Shown: positions 26,540 to 39,790, counted from the stretch's first letter. The stretch is DNA of 64,000 bases from Octopus sinensis (GCF_006345805.1 NC_043005.1:95046001-95110000), one strand, 5' to 3'. The notes: generated by a model not told the origin, from the letters alone. Numbers and translations: made by a program.

Positions 26540-26545
26540 AATAAA
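26540..26545 (+). terminator. Candidate polyadenylation signal AATAAA
   Basis: First AATAAA, 28 nt after the LRR stop codon. The true 3' UTR may be longer. Confidence 0.3.
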
Positions 26546-29073
26546 GTTATATTTTTGTAAATATTCCTTAAGTTATCTTTAATTCCCAAATCCTAAAGAA
26601 AAACTATTGACTGAGGCTATGTTTTCAGAAACCGGTAGATCTAAATTCAAGAATGTTTGTTTTTTCATAGCCTAAACACTTGGTCTACAGCACTTGTACG
26701 AACGTAAATTTAGCAAAAAGAGAGAAAAAAAAAGCCAATTGGATAGAACATAGGTCTACCGCGCGTTTAATTGCCAAATAAAGTGGTAATCCTTCCTCTG
26801 CTAGATAGAATTAGTCGAGAAAGGTTAAGTGGTTTATCCAGGGATGCAATGTAACATCTATACTGGAATGTGAACCCATGACAACGATGTGGACAAGTAT
26901 TTCTTCGTAAAGACTCATGTGTGCAACATCTGTGTCTACGCCCATCAAGGCTAAATTCTTTAATGATCTACCTGAAGTATTTCGGTATAAAATTGTCCGA
27001 GTGTTTCATTGATTGTGATTTTGTCTTCATGTGTAGTGAGTTGACGGGAATGGTAAAGACCGGGCTAATAATGTTAGAGAATGAGCTAATAAAGCTGAAG
27101 ACCAGGCTAAGAATGCCTTGCAGCTTCTAGTTTCGTCCCTTTACGTGCTGAAGTCAAATTTCTCCAGGCTCATCTTTGCTTTTCTTCACATAAATATATA
27201 TGGCCTTGAGCCATCCTAAGAAATCCTTTACTTTGGCTTGACTCACAAGTCAAGATTTCTAGTTTAGAATGACCAGTAAATACAGTATCAAAATGATTTA
27301 TACTGAGACTTATACATATACAACACGCACATACAGACCCATTCGTTCTCATTGTACACACACACACACACACACACACACATATCAATACTACATTTAT
27401 TAATAATGAAACACAAAATTAATCATACTGTTTGATGTTCATTTTTCGATCATCGAGTTTGGAATTGTCTTCCAGTCCGATTTTGTTAATATTTGTACAA
27501 AAAACAAATGGTGGCAGTCATTGGGAGTAGAATCTTCTAAAATAATTTGTTTGAATAATGTTGTGTTCTTGTTTTTGTAATTCCTACCAGAATTTGTACT
27601 ATAATGCCTAATTTCGTGATTTTTTTTAAAATTCTAAATTAAATTATATTTGAATTAAAAAAAATTATATCTGGATTAAAGTATCTGTTCCTCAATTAAT
27701 TAAGTCTTTAAATTTATCATAAGTCATCAACATGGATTGAATTGTCGTAATTGATGATTACACTGTCGCTGTCTGTGAATATCGTTCTCCTTCTTCACTC
27801 ATTAAGCTGTTAAATGTATGCTATATTTACAGACAAGTCGCTATACCTTTTTCTTTGCCTGTCACTTTATGATATATAGTATAGAACATCAATAAGACCT
27901 TACCAAGGTTCGAAATTAGTTCTGCATAATATCAAAATTCAGTCGGACGATTCCATATCATCTTTCCTTCGTCTGTGGTTTCAACAAGATGAACAAATGG
28001 AATGAGAATTGCGTGTATCTTTCTCAAAGGATATAGATCAGATTACGGACTTATGATTTATTAAATGATCATTTTCCATAACATAACATAACGATTTTAT
28101 TAACAGCTTCCGGTGGATTAAGATGACCGCATCTGTAACGTGTTACAACTCAAATTGAAAGACGATGTACTCTGTTCCCGGTACTCACTGTGTTCATACT
28201 TGCTTTAAGGAGCAAGGGCATTATGTAACTGATGTTCCATTCTTCCAGCATTGCAGAGAACAAATCCTCATGGCTTGATGAAAATATTGAGCATTTATTA
28301 CAATATAAACTTCATGGAAAAAATCTTGTTGCTACTTTCATATCCTAGCAGCAAAATACGAAATCTGATCCAACAATCTTGATATATGAAGTGAATTGAG
28401 ACTTAATACAGATAGAATTTTAAGAAAAATACTTTTGAATTTGAGACTGTTCGCAAAGTTGAAAATGATTCGGGTCGTTTCTCGATAAAACCATTAAAGC
28501 TGTCAATCAATTTTCGTATCGGACATATTTGTCGTTCTGAAGAACTGAAATAAGTTTAATGCATTGTCAGTAATGACAATAGCTACAGAGTATTAACAGA
28601 TGTGTTGCTTGTTTTTTGTTACCACAGTGTATAAAGCAGATTGCAAAGAGCAATAGATGATGTTCCACTGTAAAAATGAAAACAAGATTATATATGTGGT
28701 GTGTTCTTTATTTCAGTGTTTGTATGTCATATCCTTTTCTTTAATCATAACTAAGTTGTTTTTCTTTTTATAGAGTATGAAAAGATTTTTAAAAGTGTAA
28801 GAGCACAAGATGAATAGTGGACAAACAATTCATAGAATTTAGAGGGTATATGTAATGGAGAGAGTAACAGAGACTTTCATGCAATCACTGGATGTTGAAA
28901 AAAATCACGAATGTATTTGAAACGTGTAAAAGAAATTCAAATATTATGGCGAGCAATCACACGACAATGCAACTTTTGCTCTTCAGCTTGGTATAAAATC
29001 CAAGTTGTATGCGTACCAACAACACCATCCCAGATATGATAGCACATCATTATACTCGAATATTGGTGAATAT

Positions 29074-29128
<55 letters not shown>

Positions 29129-29201
29129 TTGTAGATTAAGATAGATTGTGTAACTTTTGTATTTGCTTAGAGGCCGTTAATAGTGTGTTATGTCAGGAAG
29201 A

Positions 29202-29486
29202 TGTTACCTTGATACATCGTAACGTTGCGTTTATACTATCATTTCCGTTATGTTAACGGAAGAAGTGTAATTGTGGTAACAAGAGCTGTCTAAGGAACGT
29301 TACATGACACTTGTATGACGGAAGGTCAAGGAAGACTGAACAGTAAAAGTGGAGACAGTGTCACGTGACAACTTGCTGGGGCTGCCTGCTGGAGCCTAGC
29401 AGCAGGTATTTAAAGGGAAAAGTTTGACAAGACAGCCAGTCGCCCGCTGGCACTCATTGACGCTACATCGAAGAGGCCAGGGAACA
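29202..29486. mobile_element. Possible solo LTR
   Basis: TGTT...AACA termini, GAAGA on both flanks (29197-29201 and 29487-29491), internal TATTTAAA. The purine-rich flank could be a chance match. Confidence 0.3.
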
Positions 29487-29699
29487 GAAGAAAGAAGAAG
29501 ACATGCACCCAACACCAGAACTGAAGACATCTCCGAATGTGGGGGCCGCCACGTCAAAACGGTAGAGGAGTAGGGGCCGAAACCGGACATCCTGATGATG
29601 TCTTGAGCTAACTGGATCCTATAAAGGAGCTGTTGTGGTAGCAGACCACGAAACACGGTTGAAATTCCTCATATGTATAAATATTTGTGTTGTTAGAAG

Positions 29700-30186
29700 T
29701 AGCAGCAACAAGTAGATCGTTAATTATCAGCAAGAAGAGTATAGAAGACATGACCAAACTGTATGGTACAACAGAGTTGATGGGAGGTGGATTGGAGATA
29801 AAACTTTATCAATGCTATGAAGAGTCAACTGATTCAGACATGATGCGATGGAGATTGTCTCCGTACGAGCAATTAACTCAGGGTGTTGCCAAGTCAAACA
29901 CTCTCGAAGACTTTACTAATGTCAAGAAACAGTAAGCTTGCTTTCATCGATAATCTCAAGGATGGGTGTCCGCTGCTGATAATTACCAGAGAGTAAGTCT
30001 CTGGGGACGAAAAAAAAGGCAGTAAATTGCTGAAGTAGTCGGTTCCATTATTGTTTGGAAAGCACAAGAAGGATGTTGATAGATGAAGCGCGACTGCCCT
30101 ACTTGAACATAAGACATAGTATGGTATATTTCGACACGCTGAAATATCACCTGTTAAAGAAAGTATGGAGCGCGAGTGTAATTCCA
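29700..30186 (-). mobile_element. CR1/L2-type LINE RT fragment (downstream part), degenerate
   Basis: GDISACRN..., FLDISKVFESV and INSVVPYSLVMSSILFLLIINDL resemble the DISKAFD and GVPQGS...FLxxINDL motifs. Confidence 0.65.
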
Positions 30187-30620
30187 AAGGATTTTTAATA
30201 CTAACGTAAAAGCGGTGTTATTGTATGGGGCTGAGACATGACGAACAACAGTTAAGTCAAATAAGCAAATACAATCATTCATCAACGCTTGCATAGTATA
30301 CTTAAAATTAGATGGCCTGAACACATAAGAAATATGGAGCTATGGCAAAGAACAAATCAAGTTTCGATTAGGGAGCAAATATTTAAGAAAAAGTGGAAGA
30401 GGATTGGTAGCTGTTATGTGTAGTTTGAGTTCTAATGGGATAGACAACCAACTGAAAGCCATTGTTATTGTTAACGTGTTTATTTGCTATTCATGTTACA
30501 TGAACTCGACATTCAGCGTAGTAATACATAATATACTTTACACACAGTTTGTACTATTCACTAACAAAATAGTGCCAAGAGTGGGGATGCACGTATACAC
30601 ATAGATATGAATGTGTAACA

Positions 30621-30632
30621 TCCCTTCTTCTT
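30621..30632 (-). promoter_or_regulatory. Polypurine tract
   Basis: AAGAAGAAGGGA on the minus strand abuts the 3' LTR. Confidence 0.85.
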
Positions 30633-33545
30633 GAAAAAAATAAAGGGGTCTTCTGGCAGTGAAGACAATTATGAGTAGTCTCCCTTGCTCTATGGATTGT
30701 CAGCCTAAGGTGGAAATCCTACAGCAGAAATCGTGAGATAATTCTGCCTCTGCTTTGTAGTCTAGCTGAATTAGTTACTTATCTTTTCATTTTCTTTTTT
30801 TTTTCTTTAACGGTATCGAACCGGTGGCAGAATGTTCTTTCTCCATCTGGTGGCTCTTGTGCTTCGCACCGGTGTCTGAGGTGTGTTGTTGGGCTGCTGA
30901 TAGGTGGTTGTGCCCGTTGGGGTGATGATTCTGTAGGTGTTGTACACGTTATACTCGACAGCTTTGGTGTTGGGCGGATGTGGGCCCTGTTGCGTCTCAG
31001 CTGCCTACCAGATTCTGTTTCTATCATATTTGATCTTGGAGTTTCAACTCTACTGACAACCTGTGCTGGGATCCATGTTTTAGTTATGGGATCTTGAGTA
31101 TGCACATGTTGTCCTCCAAGTATCTCAGGTAAATATTGTGCATGTTTGTTGTAATACCTCTGTGATTGTTCTTGAGTGGCTGCTAGCTTTGCCCTTGTCT
31201 CTTCCTGGTCAATAGGAGGCTGGATCTTAGTTGGCAGGGTAGTTTTGTACTTCCTGCCATTCAGCAATTCTGCTGGGGATTTCATGTCAGCTCTCAGTGG
31301 TGTCGCTCGTAGGGACAGAAGTGCCAGGTGTGAGTCTTCCTTAGTCTCTCGGCATTTGACTAGTGTTCTCTTCACTGTCTGCACCTGTCTTTCTATAAAC
31401 CTATGACCTTTGGGGTAGTGTGGAGATGAAGTTGTAATATTGAACCCATACTCATCGGCTAGCTTTTTGAATTCTTGTGATGTGAACTGGGTTCCATTGT
31501 AACATATGATCTGCTCTGGTATTCCTTGCTCTGCTAGAAGTCCTCGAGCCACTGTAGTGATTGTTTTGGCAGTCAGGTCTTCACTTTTCTCACAAATGGA
31601 AATTTGGAGTAGTAGCAGGCCATTATCAAATACCATTCTTGGCCCTCTGTGAACAGATCTACTCCAATAGTTTGCCATGGCCTTCTTGGGATGTCACTAG
31701 ATATCATTTCCTCCTTTTGTTGTAAGTTTCTGTACTTTTGACAGATGTGGCATGTAGAAACTGTCTTTTCTATGTCTTTGTACATGCCTACCCAATATAC
31801 TGCTGACTTGGCTTGGAGCTTGCATTTCTCCATTCCTAGATGCCCTTGGTGGATCTTGTCAAGAATCTCCTTTTGCATTGACTTGGGTATAATGACCACT
31901 GATATATCATCATGGATGGCCCAATATTCACGAATTAGGGGCTGCACCTGATGTCTCTTTTCTGGCCACCCCTGAATCACCATCTGAGTAAGGAGCTGAA
32001 GTTATTCATCTTTGCTGGTCTCCTCTTTGATTTCCGCTAGCTTTGTGGTTGTCACATTTACAATGTGGTGGACCTTTATGCTTAGTCCTTCCATCTCCTG
32101 TTTGTTTGTGATTGGTGGTCGGTCTTTGATAGGCATATCACTGTCAATCCTGCTTGGAGCTGCTTTCACTTCACCATTGACCGACACAATATTTAACCTC
32201 CTGCAGGTATCGAGTCCAAGAATTGCTGGTCCTTCTGTTCTTGTGACATAAAAAGAACACTTAATTATTTTCCCTTTGTGTGTCCCTGTGATAGTTGTTT
32301 TACCCAGTTGTGGAATCCTGGTTCCTCCGTTCGCAGTGAGGATTACATCACTTGGTGTGAGGATTCCTTCTTTGACTTTATCCTCTTCTGTCATGTGTTC
32401 TGGGAACATCTTTTTGTAGAGGTTGACAGGTAAGATATTACTCTGGGCTCCAGTGTCAATCTTTAGCCTTAAGTCTATGTTTGTTCGTTTCCTGCCAGAC
32501 TTCTTCTGTATTCTTATTGTTGTGTATGCCTCATCTTCTTTCTTCCGGTCGTCCTTTCCCATCTCATGCACATTTATTGTGCCGACTGCCAAGAATTCCT
32601 CCTCTGAGGTGTTTTGTTCCTGTTGTTGTGCATGTATATCTCTTCTATTTCTGCTCCTCTTTGAAAATTGGGGCTTGTATTTCTGGGATTTTGTTAACCT
32701 ACACATTTTTCCCAGTGGTTAAGTTTTCCACATGCTTTGCAGTGTGTACCGAATGCAGGACATTTCTTTCGGTTATTGAATTCATGCTCCATACCACAGT
32801 ACTGGCATGTTCTTTGTTTTCGGGTATGTGTCTTGCGCCTAGATACAATATCTACACTGCTGCCTAGTGAGCTTGTTTGTAAGCTAAGTGAGGCCATTTG
32901 TTTGGTAGTAGCTTCGAATGCTCTTGCAGTGTCTACTGCTTCTATCAACTGGAGAGCGTCCTTACCTATGAGGGATTTCTGAACTTCCTTATGAGCACAC
33001 CCCCATATTAATTGATCAACGATTCTTTCGTCCTTATCTTTGAATTTGCATTTTTCGGCAACATTCGTTAGTCTGGACAGGACTAAAGAATGTTTAGTCA
33101 ATCGTTTCTTGTGGGTCTTGTTTCAGGCCCTGGAATTCGTATCTGTGAATTCTATGGTTCGATCTGGGCTCTAGGTGCCTTTCAAATTTCTCAAGAAGTG
33201 TGTCTGGGTTATTGCAGTCTGATTCTGACATATCCCAGCTATTGAATAGGTCTATACCTTTATTGCCCGTCCATAAAAGGATATAGCTTACCTTCTCATC
33301 ATCAGTTGTGCTTTTCAGGAAACTTTTGAAAGCTAGTTGAGTTTTCTGTTTGAATTTCTTAAATGCTTCTACGACACCAACGGAATCCCAATTCATAATC
33401 GGATGTAGATTCATCTGTACGGCGACAGGGGTCGCCATCTTGGATCGTCGTGTTGTCCGAAGGCGAAGTGATGTTTTGTTTGTTAATTTCCTCGTTCGTT
33501 GTGTTTCTGTTTTGTTGTAAAGGCACAGTTTCCGATTAATTATTT

Positions 33546-33558
33546 ACCGCTGCCACCA
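33546..33558 (-). promoter_or_regulatory. Primer-binding site complementary to the tRNA-Leu(AAG/UAG) 3' end
   Basis: TGGTGGCAGCGGT directly follows the 5' LTR and matches the conserved metazoan tRNA-Leu end ACCGCTGCCA-CCA. Confidence 0.8.
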
Positions 33559-34014
33559 TGTTATGTGTAGTTTGGGTTCTAATGGGATAGACAACCAATA
33601 TGAAAGCCATTGTTATTGTTTTACGTGTTTATTTACTTTTCATGTTACACGGACTCGACATTCATCGTAGTAATACATAATATACTTTACACACAGTTTG
33701 TACTATTCACTAACAAAATAGTGCCAAGAGTGGGGATGCACGTATACACATAGATATGAATGTGTAACAGTAGCATAATTAGAAAAGACACACCAAATGT
33801 AGCGAAAAGTGCTTTACGGTGGAAACCGGATGGATATAGAAGGAGAGGTAGGCTTAAGATCTCGTGGCGGAGATCAAGGCAAAAGGAACTAGAGAAAGGG
33901 GGACATTCATGGCAGAGTATAAGTACAGAAGCCAAAAATTATGCGACATGGAATTCAACTATAAGTGGTCTATACTCCACGTTGGAGGGTTAAAGGCATG
34001 AAGAAGAAGAAAAA

Positions 34015-34878
34015 AGAAATATCGGAAAGGACGTCGAGGACGGGGTTTGTTCTGGCGTGCCCTCTTCGAAGAATAATTGTAAGAAGACTGTCAGGATCAG
34101 GTACCGAGTTTGTTTGTTTGTTTGGTGAAGAGCTTTTCCCATGTGACAGATGTGTGTGTGTGCTAATGAGATAGGTGGAATAGAGTTGAGTTTCAGAGGA
34201 ATTTTGGTTGTGTGTGAAATAATGCAGTTAAAAGAATAATGAGCTGCAAGTGCCGCTTTTGTTTTGTTTTCCTATACAGAAGTGGGAATGCTACTAAAGA
34301 ACCATATTATTCGAAGGGTGAGAAGCGGAATATTCCTCCGTCAGCAAAGATTCTCTTGATCATAGACAAGGCTCAGCTTCAGTTTGGAAGAGAAGTGAGT
34401 TTGCATGTACGAAGGAATCCTTTGCTTCCTTGATGTTCGTTTTGCAAGCATTTCTATAACAAACAAACGCTTCGTGGTTGGTGGTCACAGACAACTTCCT
34501 CAATGTGTCATAGGTGTGAGAGAACAGTGTAGGTGTTTGGGGTTGTTGTCTTCGCTTCTGTGAAGAATGTAAAAGAAGATTACGTAGAAGTATGGCTTCA
34601 GTCACATGTTTAGCAATCTCGGATAGAAGTCAGACCGAAATATATATATATACTGCAAGGAGCAGCTGGTATAGAACTGGTGAGGATCTGGACGTTCAAG
34701 AGGATAAAAAAGGGATATCTCACAGTAGGAAGATGGGATATTTATTGCCTTGCTTAGACATTACTTGCATGATTCAAGAATGAAAACTTGGTAAATTTGG
34801 AGTTGAGAAAGAAATCAAGATTTTTCGAGAGAGAGTTTGTCGGTCAGGAAATGGGTAAGTGATTATTCTAGAGAGTTC

Positions 34879-34933
<55 letters not shown>

Positions 34934-35760
34934 TGAGGACATGCGCTGTAACAGCGCATCACTGCATCTACCATTTATTGGTGATACCCTTCTACTGGTG
35001 GATGACGCCTTTGCACCACTCAGGCGAGAACCGGCCAGCCCACAAGTCTGCTTTGGGTAGTCGTTACTAGCGAGGTTTTTACGTGGTCGAAGTGCAAATC
35101 TTTACTCAACCTCTTTTGCCGCCTTTTTACGACAGATAGGGGAAATAAATGCCAGAGGTTTGGGAAATTCAAAGACAGATAGAGATATGGAATGGGGGCA
35201 GAAGAACTGGGAAAGGAAACTTGCAACTGGAATAACTGAAAGTATTTGTTGCTGATATCTTTGAGAATTCGTCAACTAGTATGTGACTTGAAACATTGCC
35301 TTTCAGAAGAGGCGAATTAAAGACAGAGGTTGACTGAATTGTGTTTCAGGGCGTGACGGTAATATTTAAGTATGATTTGGCTGATATTGTAAACAGGTCG
35401 GATGATCACGTGCAAGAAAGGGTTAGATTTAAGGTTTGTGCGGACGTTGGTGGGTACAATCAAGGTTGAACTGAAGTCCACTGGTGTTTGTGGAGAAAGA
35501 GAACTATCCAGAATGATTCCCCTGCGTAGACTTCATTGTTTTTGCTTTACATTTTGGTGGGAGTGGAAGAAGCTGAAACGACCATAGCTGATGGGCTGTC
35601 CCGAACCACTACTTCAATCTCTTTGTATGGAATAGCTGAAGGACAGTGGCAGCGAATGGGCTTCTGGACACCGAGCAATAAAATGCGATTCTTTTCTCAA
35701 GATGTTAAGTCAACCGAATTATACGTTGGTGGTGTTCCAGTGGACACTCTTTCTTTGTGG
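34015..35760 (-). mobile_element. CR1/L2-type LINE upstream part (EN-RT linker and probable endonuclease), heavily degenerate
   Basis: RNACKTNIKEAK... and VPDPDSLLTIIL...PVLDVLSDIS run up to the RTE tail and resume at 30186. Interrupted by (TAG)n at 34879-34931. Confidence 0.5.
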
Positions 35761-35864
35761 TCGAACAACTGAATGCAAAACGTCAAAACCGACGGAGGTT
35801 CCATCCAAGCTATTCAGCACAAACTCGCACGAATCGACTGGTATTGCCCCGGGCAGACCAGTGT

Positions 35865-36295
35865 AGATGAAGTAATTGACAGCTTTCGACTTTGCCTTTG
35901 ATCCTTTCGGGGTCGATTAAATAAGTACCAGTTACGCACTGGGGTCGATGTAATCGACTTAATCCCTTTGTCTGTCCTTGTTTGTCCCCTCTATGTTTAG
36001 ACCTCTGTGGACAATAAAGAAATGAATATGTTGGAATAAACACGCTTTGATCTACAATTTTTTTAAGGTTAGATATTTAATACACGCAGGATGATTGTTG
36101 TGTTAATACAGAATGTAAGAGATTGGCAGATTTGTAAGGATATCAGATAAAATGCCATCCGGTATATAGTTTCAGCTCGTTACGTTCCGAATTCAAATCC
36201 GACATCGACTGACTTTACCATTCTTTCTTCCCCAAGGTCGATAAAATAGTGCCATACTGGAAGTCGATCAGATCAACTAAACTCTCCGCCAAATA
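35865..36295 (+). mobile_element. Two family A SINE copies (~35865-36023 and ~36150-36295)
   Basis: Core tttgcctttgatcctttcggggtcgattaaataagtaccag and tail gtcccctctatgtttag...aataaagaaa. Confidence 0.7.
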
Positions 36296-36301
36296 TGAGG
36301 C

Positions 36302-36515
36302 CTTCTTCTTCTTCTTCTTCTTCTTCTTCTTCTTCTTCTTCTTCTTCTTCTTCTTCTCCTTCTTCTTCTTCTCCTCCTCCTCCTCCTCTTCCTCCTCTTC
36401 CTCCTTCTTCTTCTCCTCTTTCTCCTTCTCCTCCTCCACCTTCTTCTTCCCCTTCTTGTTCTCAACCTCTTCCTCTCCTCTTTTCCCTCCATATTCTTCT
36501 CTTCCTCCTCCTTCG
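36302..36515. repeat. (CTT)n/(CCT)n microsatellite
   Basis: Seen directly. It accounts for the poly-S/F/K/E/R ORFs. Confidence 0.95.
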
Positions 36516-37124
36516 TCGTACACATACACACACAAGGCGATTCCACACAGTTTCCCTTTACGAAATTCTCTCACAAGTCATTGGTCGGCCCGAACCTGTA
36601 GTGCGATTAAAACCGAATCCACTTAGTTACAAAAGCAACTTTTTAACTACACAGCAAATGAATGCGGTTATATATATGAAAATAAATGAAAAGTAAGTAA
36701 CCTGTAGGAACCTAAACTACAAAACTGACACCACAGTACATCCAGGTTTAGTTACAAAATAGAAATATGTTACGATTAGCTCCACACGAACTCACGTATT
36801 TAATAACAGGTCGAAGTTGCGAAAAGTTTTAGCAAAGTAGAAAGAGAAGAGTAGTGCCCCTTGCATTTACGACCTCGTTCGTATTATACCGACATACCAC
36901 AACATACTGTTGATTGGTTCTTAGCTCGAAAAACGAGGTAAAGCGAAAACAGAAGAAAAGAAAAGAAAAGAAAGAAGGAAAGAAAGAAAGAAAGAAAGAA
37001 ATTAAAAAAGAAAGAAATGAAAAAAAACAAAGAAAGAAAGACACGGCGGTACCCCAGCATGGCCGCACCTTTGAGCTGAAACCGATAAAAGGATAAAGGA
37101 ATAGAAAATTTTAAAACTTATTAG

Positions 37125-37173
<49 letters not shown>

Positions 37174-37330
37174 GACGGACTTCTTTAAGTTTCCGTCTAC
37201 CAAATTCATTCACAAGGCATTGATCAGCCCGAGACTATTGCTCAATTCACTTGCCTAAGCTGTCACGCAGTGGGACTGAACCCCGAACCATGTGTTTCAC
37301 GTGTGTTTTATTTGATTTCCACTTCAAGAC

Positions 37331-37403
<73 letters not shown>

Positions 37404-37407
37404 GCGT

Positions 37408-37463
<56 letters not shown>

Positions 37464-37791
37464 ATATTTCCTTTTAAATTCGATGCTTTCAAATATGTTC
37501 GTTGAGACTGGCGTAAAGTCGGACGAATCAATTAAAGTTCAGATCTATTTTTTTCCCATTAACTTCTTTGAAAACACGCCGTAAAGTCGAAAAAGACGTA
37601 ACTAGAAGCGACGTAAGTTGAGATGTGCCTCTCCCTTCAAATTATTCCTTCCATTCATAAATGACATACATTAAATGATTCACTCACCGATAAAGTACGT
37701 TTTAACCATAAAACCCCGATATGGTCCCGGCATGAAAGCTTCTGATCACAAGTCTTTTCGATCACATCTGCAGTAAACTGGATGTCTAAAT

Positions 37792-38081
37792 GTTTGTTCC
37801 TTCTCGAGCCACGCCTGGATCATTAGGGCCGGTTTCCTGGTTTCCTTGGCGTATAGGTTCCCCACCTGGACGGGACGCCGGTCCGACGCAAGTGAGCTGC
37901 AAGATGCAGCAGAAAAGAGTGAGAGAAAGTTGTGGCAAAAGAATCAGCAGAAGTTTCGCCATTACCTTCTGCCTGAGCCGCGTAGAGCTTAGGTGTTTCG
38001 CTCATAAACACATACATCGCTCGGTCTGAGATTCGACCCGCGATCCCTCGACCGCGAGTCCACTAGGCCATGTGCCTCCAC
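37792..38081 (-). mobile_element. tRNA-derived SINE with a 12-bp TSD
   Basis: TSD GGATGTCTAAAT at 37780-37791 and 38082-38093. Head gtggaggcacatggcctagtgg and conserved ggcgtcccgtccagg block. Related copy on + at 53268-53526. Confidence 0.85.
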
Positions 38082-38605
38082 GGATGTCTAAATAACATCG
38101 CCCTTTTCGGTATAGTTATTTTGATTGACATATTGTTTTATCAGGCTTATTACTACCCACAAGGGGCTAAACAGAGAGGAGACAAACAAGGACAGAATAC
38201 TATCTGTGTTAAATTAGCCTTTGGTGGTGAGTGTCCGAGGTAAAGTCAACTTATGGGAAGCTCAACTTCGTATAAAAGATCAAGGATTGTCTCTAGGGTG
38301 GGAGTGTGTTTTATGTGCCATCAAATAGAGTATGTGAAACCCTACCAAGAAGAGAGGCAGGTGCTTCTGTTTGGTACAGGATAGCAGTGGTTCACTGCAT
38401 GGTAGTCAGGCAAGCAGGAGACATTGACGTTCCTTCGTTGCTGTCGATAATGAGCATTCAGTTGTTTGATCAGTTGAACTCCTTGAAGTAACGTATAAAT
38501 GGCTGAATATTCTACAGACTGGAGTATCTTTAATGTAATTCTCAGACAGAATCAGTATGACCCAATATATGACACAAGCACAATTCATCAAACGGGCTTC
38601 TGCAG

Positions 38606-38678
<73 letters not shown>

Positions 38679-38684
38679 GTGGCG

Positions 38685-38930
38685 AATAAGCGCACTGTAC
38701 GTCGATGGTTTGAGAAGTCCCGGTCTGGTGACTTTACTCTTGAAAATCAGCCCCGTGGTAAACTTGAGACCAAGGTGATAATAATGAGCTGGAAATTGTA
38801 GAAGAAGCGGATACAACTCAAATTATGCGTGAGTTAGCAGCAAAGGTTTGATTTCGATTCCACCTGTACTGGATCATCTGAAACAAATCGGTAACGTAAA
38901 GAACTGTTATTTTCTCTTAAGGAAAAATCC
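38685..38930 (+). mobile_element. Mariner transposase N-terminal (HTH) remnant
   Basis: KRTVRRWFEKSRSGDFTLENQPRG matches the mariner TVRRWF..FRSGDF.LED.PRSGRP signature. Confidence 0.75.
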
Positions 38931-39199
38931 GATCTTGTGCCAATTCCATGTTTTATGGAACATCAACACTCACATGGCGCGAAATCAAATAGCTTTGAAT
39001 AGCGGAGACCACCACAGTAGCAACATGAAAGATAGAATCCGAAGACAGCACGTCTGCAAGTGAGAAGTTGGTATGTGTTGGTGAACGATATGATACCAAA
39101 CAACAGAGCGGCCTTTGTATGAGGTCCAGGAGGCTTGTGTAAATAATAATAGCAACATTTCAGATGTGGGAGTACTACTCCATTGTTGGTCATACGCAA

Positions 39200-39790
39200 T
39201 TTGTTTCGTAACTGTTTGTGTTTGGCGTATCTGAGGTGTCAATGTGGAGTAGCCTCTTTGACGGGGGAACACGTCGCTCTCTTAGCGGTGGGGGGCGTCC
39301 GCCTTGATCCCCACCTTGCACCCAACTTTCACCTATGGCTCCAAGTAGCTGTTTGCATACAACGGCAGCCACACCCTAGTAAACCGCTCCGACTGGCTAA
39401 AGCAAATGAGGGTAGCGAATGGGTATGTAGCTCTTGGTAGCACAGGACTTGCCTACCTATGTATGTGAAAACTGGATCTGTTAGACTCTGCGCAAGAAAC
39501 CTTCATGGATAAACAAAGAAGAAGGCAGCTGCGGCAACACACTGTAGAGCGCAGAGAGCAAGATAAGGCGAGCAAAACATCTTGGTCATCTGCTGCATCC
39601 GTCTCCCATCTCCCATCGTTTTGTTTCGGTCTTGCTACTGGACGAGAGAATTAAACCTGGACCTGCGATAGATACATCCCACCTAGAAGTATATATCTTC
39701 GCTATCCAGGAACGGGGTATAGCTACTAAATGCCTGATAAACAAGAGAGACAAAGCTACCACAAAACTACGTTGTGATAAAAAGAAAAAG
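39200..39790 (+). mobile_element. Internally deleted R4-clade element (GC-rich leader, ORF start, C-terminal fragment)
   Basis: MDKQRRRQLRQHTVERREQDK... is followed closely by TSHLEVYIFAIQERGIATKCLINKRD...RCD, which resembles the segment preceding the R4 zinc knuckle. Family assignment is from memory of such elements. Confidence 0.45.

Larger units (their letters stand above)
30412..33769 (-). mobile_element. Ty3/Gypsy LTR retrotransposon, non-autonomous (gag-protease-integrase; RT and RNase H deleted)
   Basis: LTRs 30412-30620 and 33559-33769 (TGT...ACA); 5-bp TSD GTAGC (30407-30411, 33770-33774); gag with CQYCG..H..CPAFG..C..CGKLNH; protease KIDTGAQSNI; integrase HQGHLG...CHIC and NGTQF...ERQV. 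Confidence 0.95.
30190..34012 (+). mobile_element. RTE-clade LINE 3' fragment split by the Gypsy insertion (30190-30411 plus 33770-34012)
   Basis: IFNTNVKAVLLYGAET..RWPEHIRNMELWQRTNQ...KWKRIG | SIIRKDTPNVAKSALRWKPDGYRRRGR...GLYST, then a (GAA)n tail. Confidence 0.8.

Noticed and set aside
39244-39425. HDV-like ribozyme in the R4-like leader (TTCACCT loop, ACCCA/TGGGT, GCGAA)
   Set aside because: P3 does not pair and the P1.1 GG is absent. At best it is degenerate; the family consensus should be tested instead.
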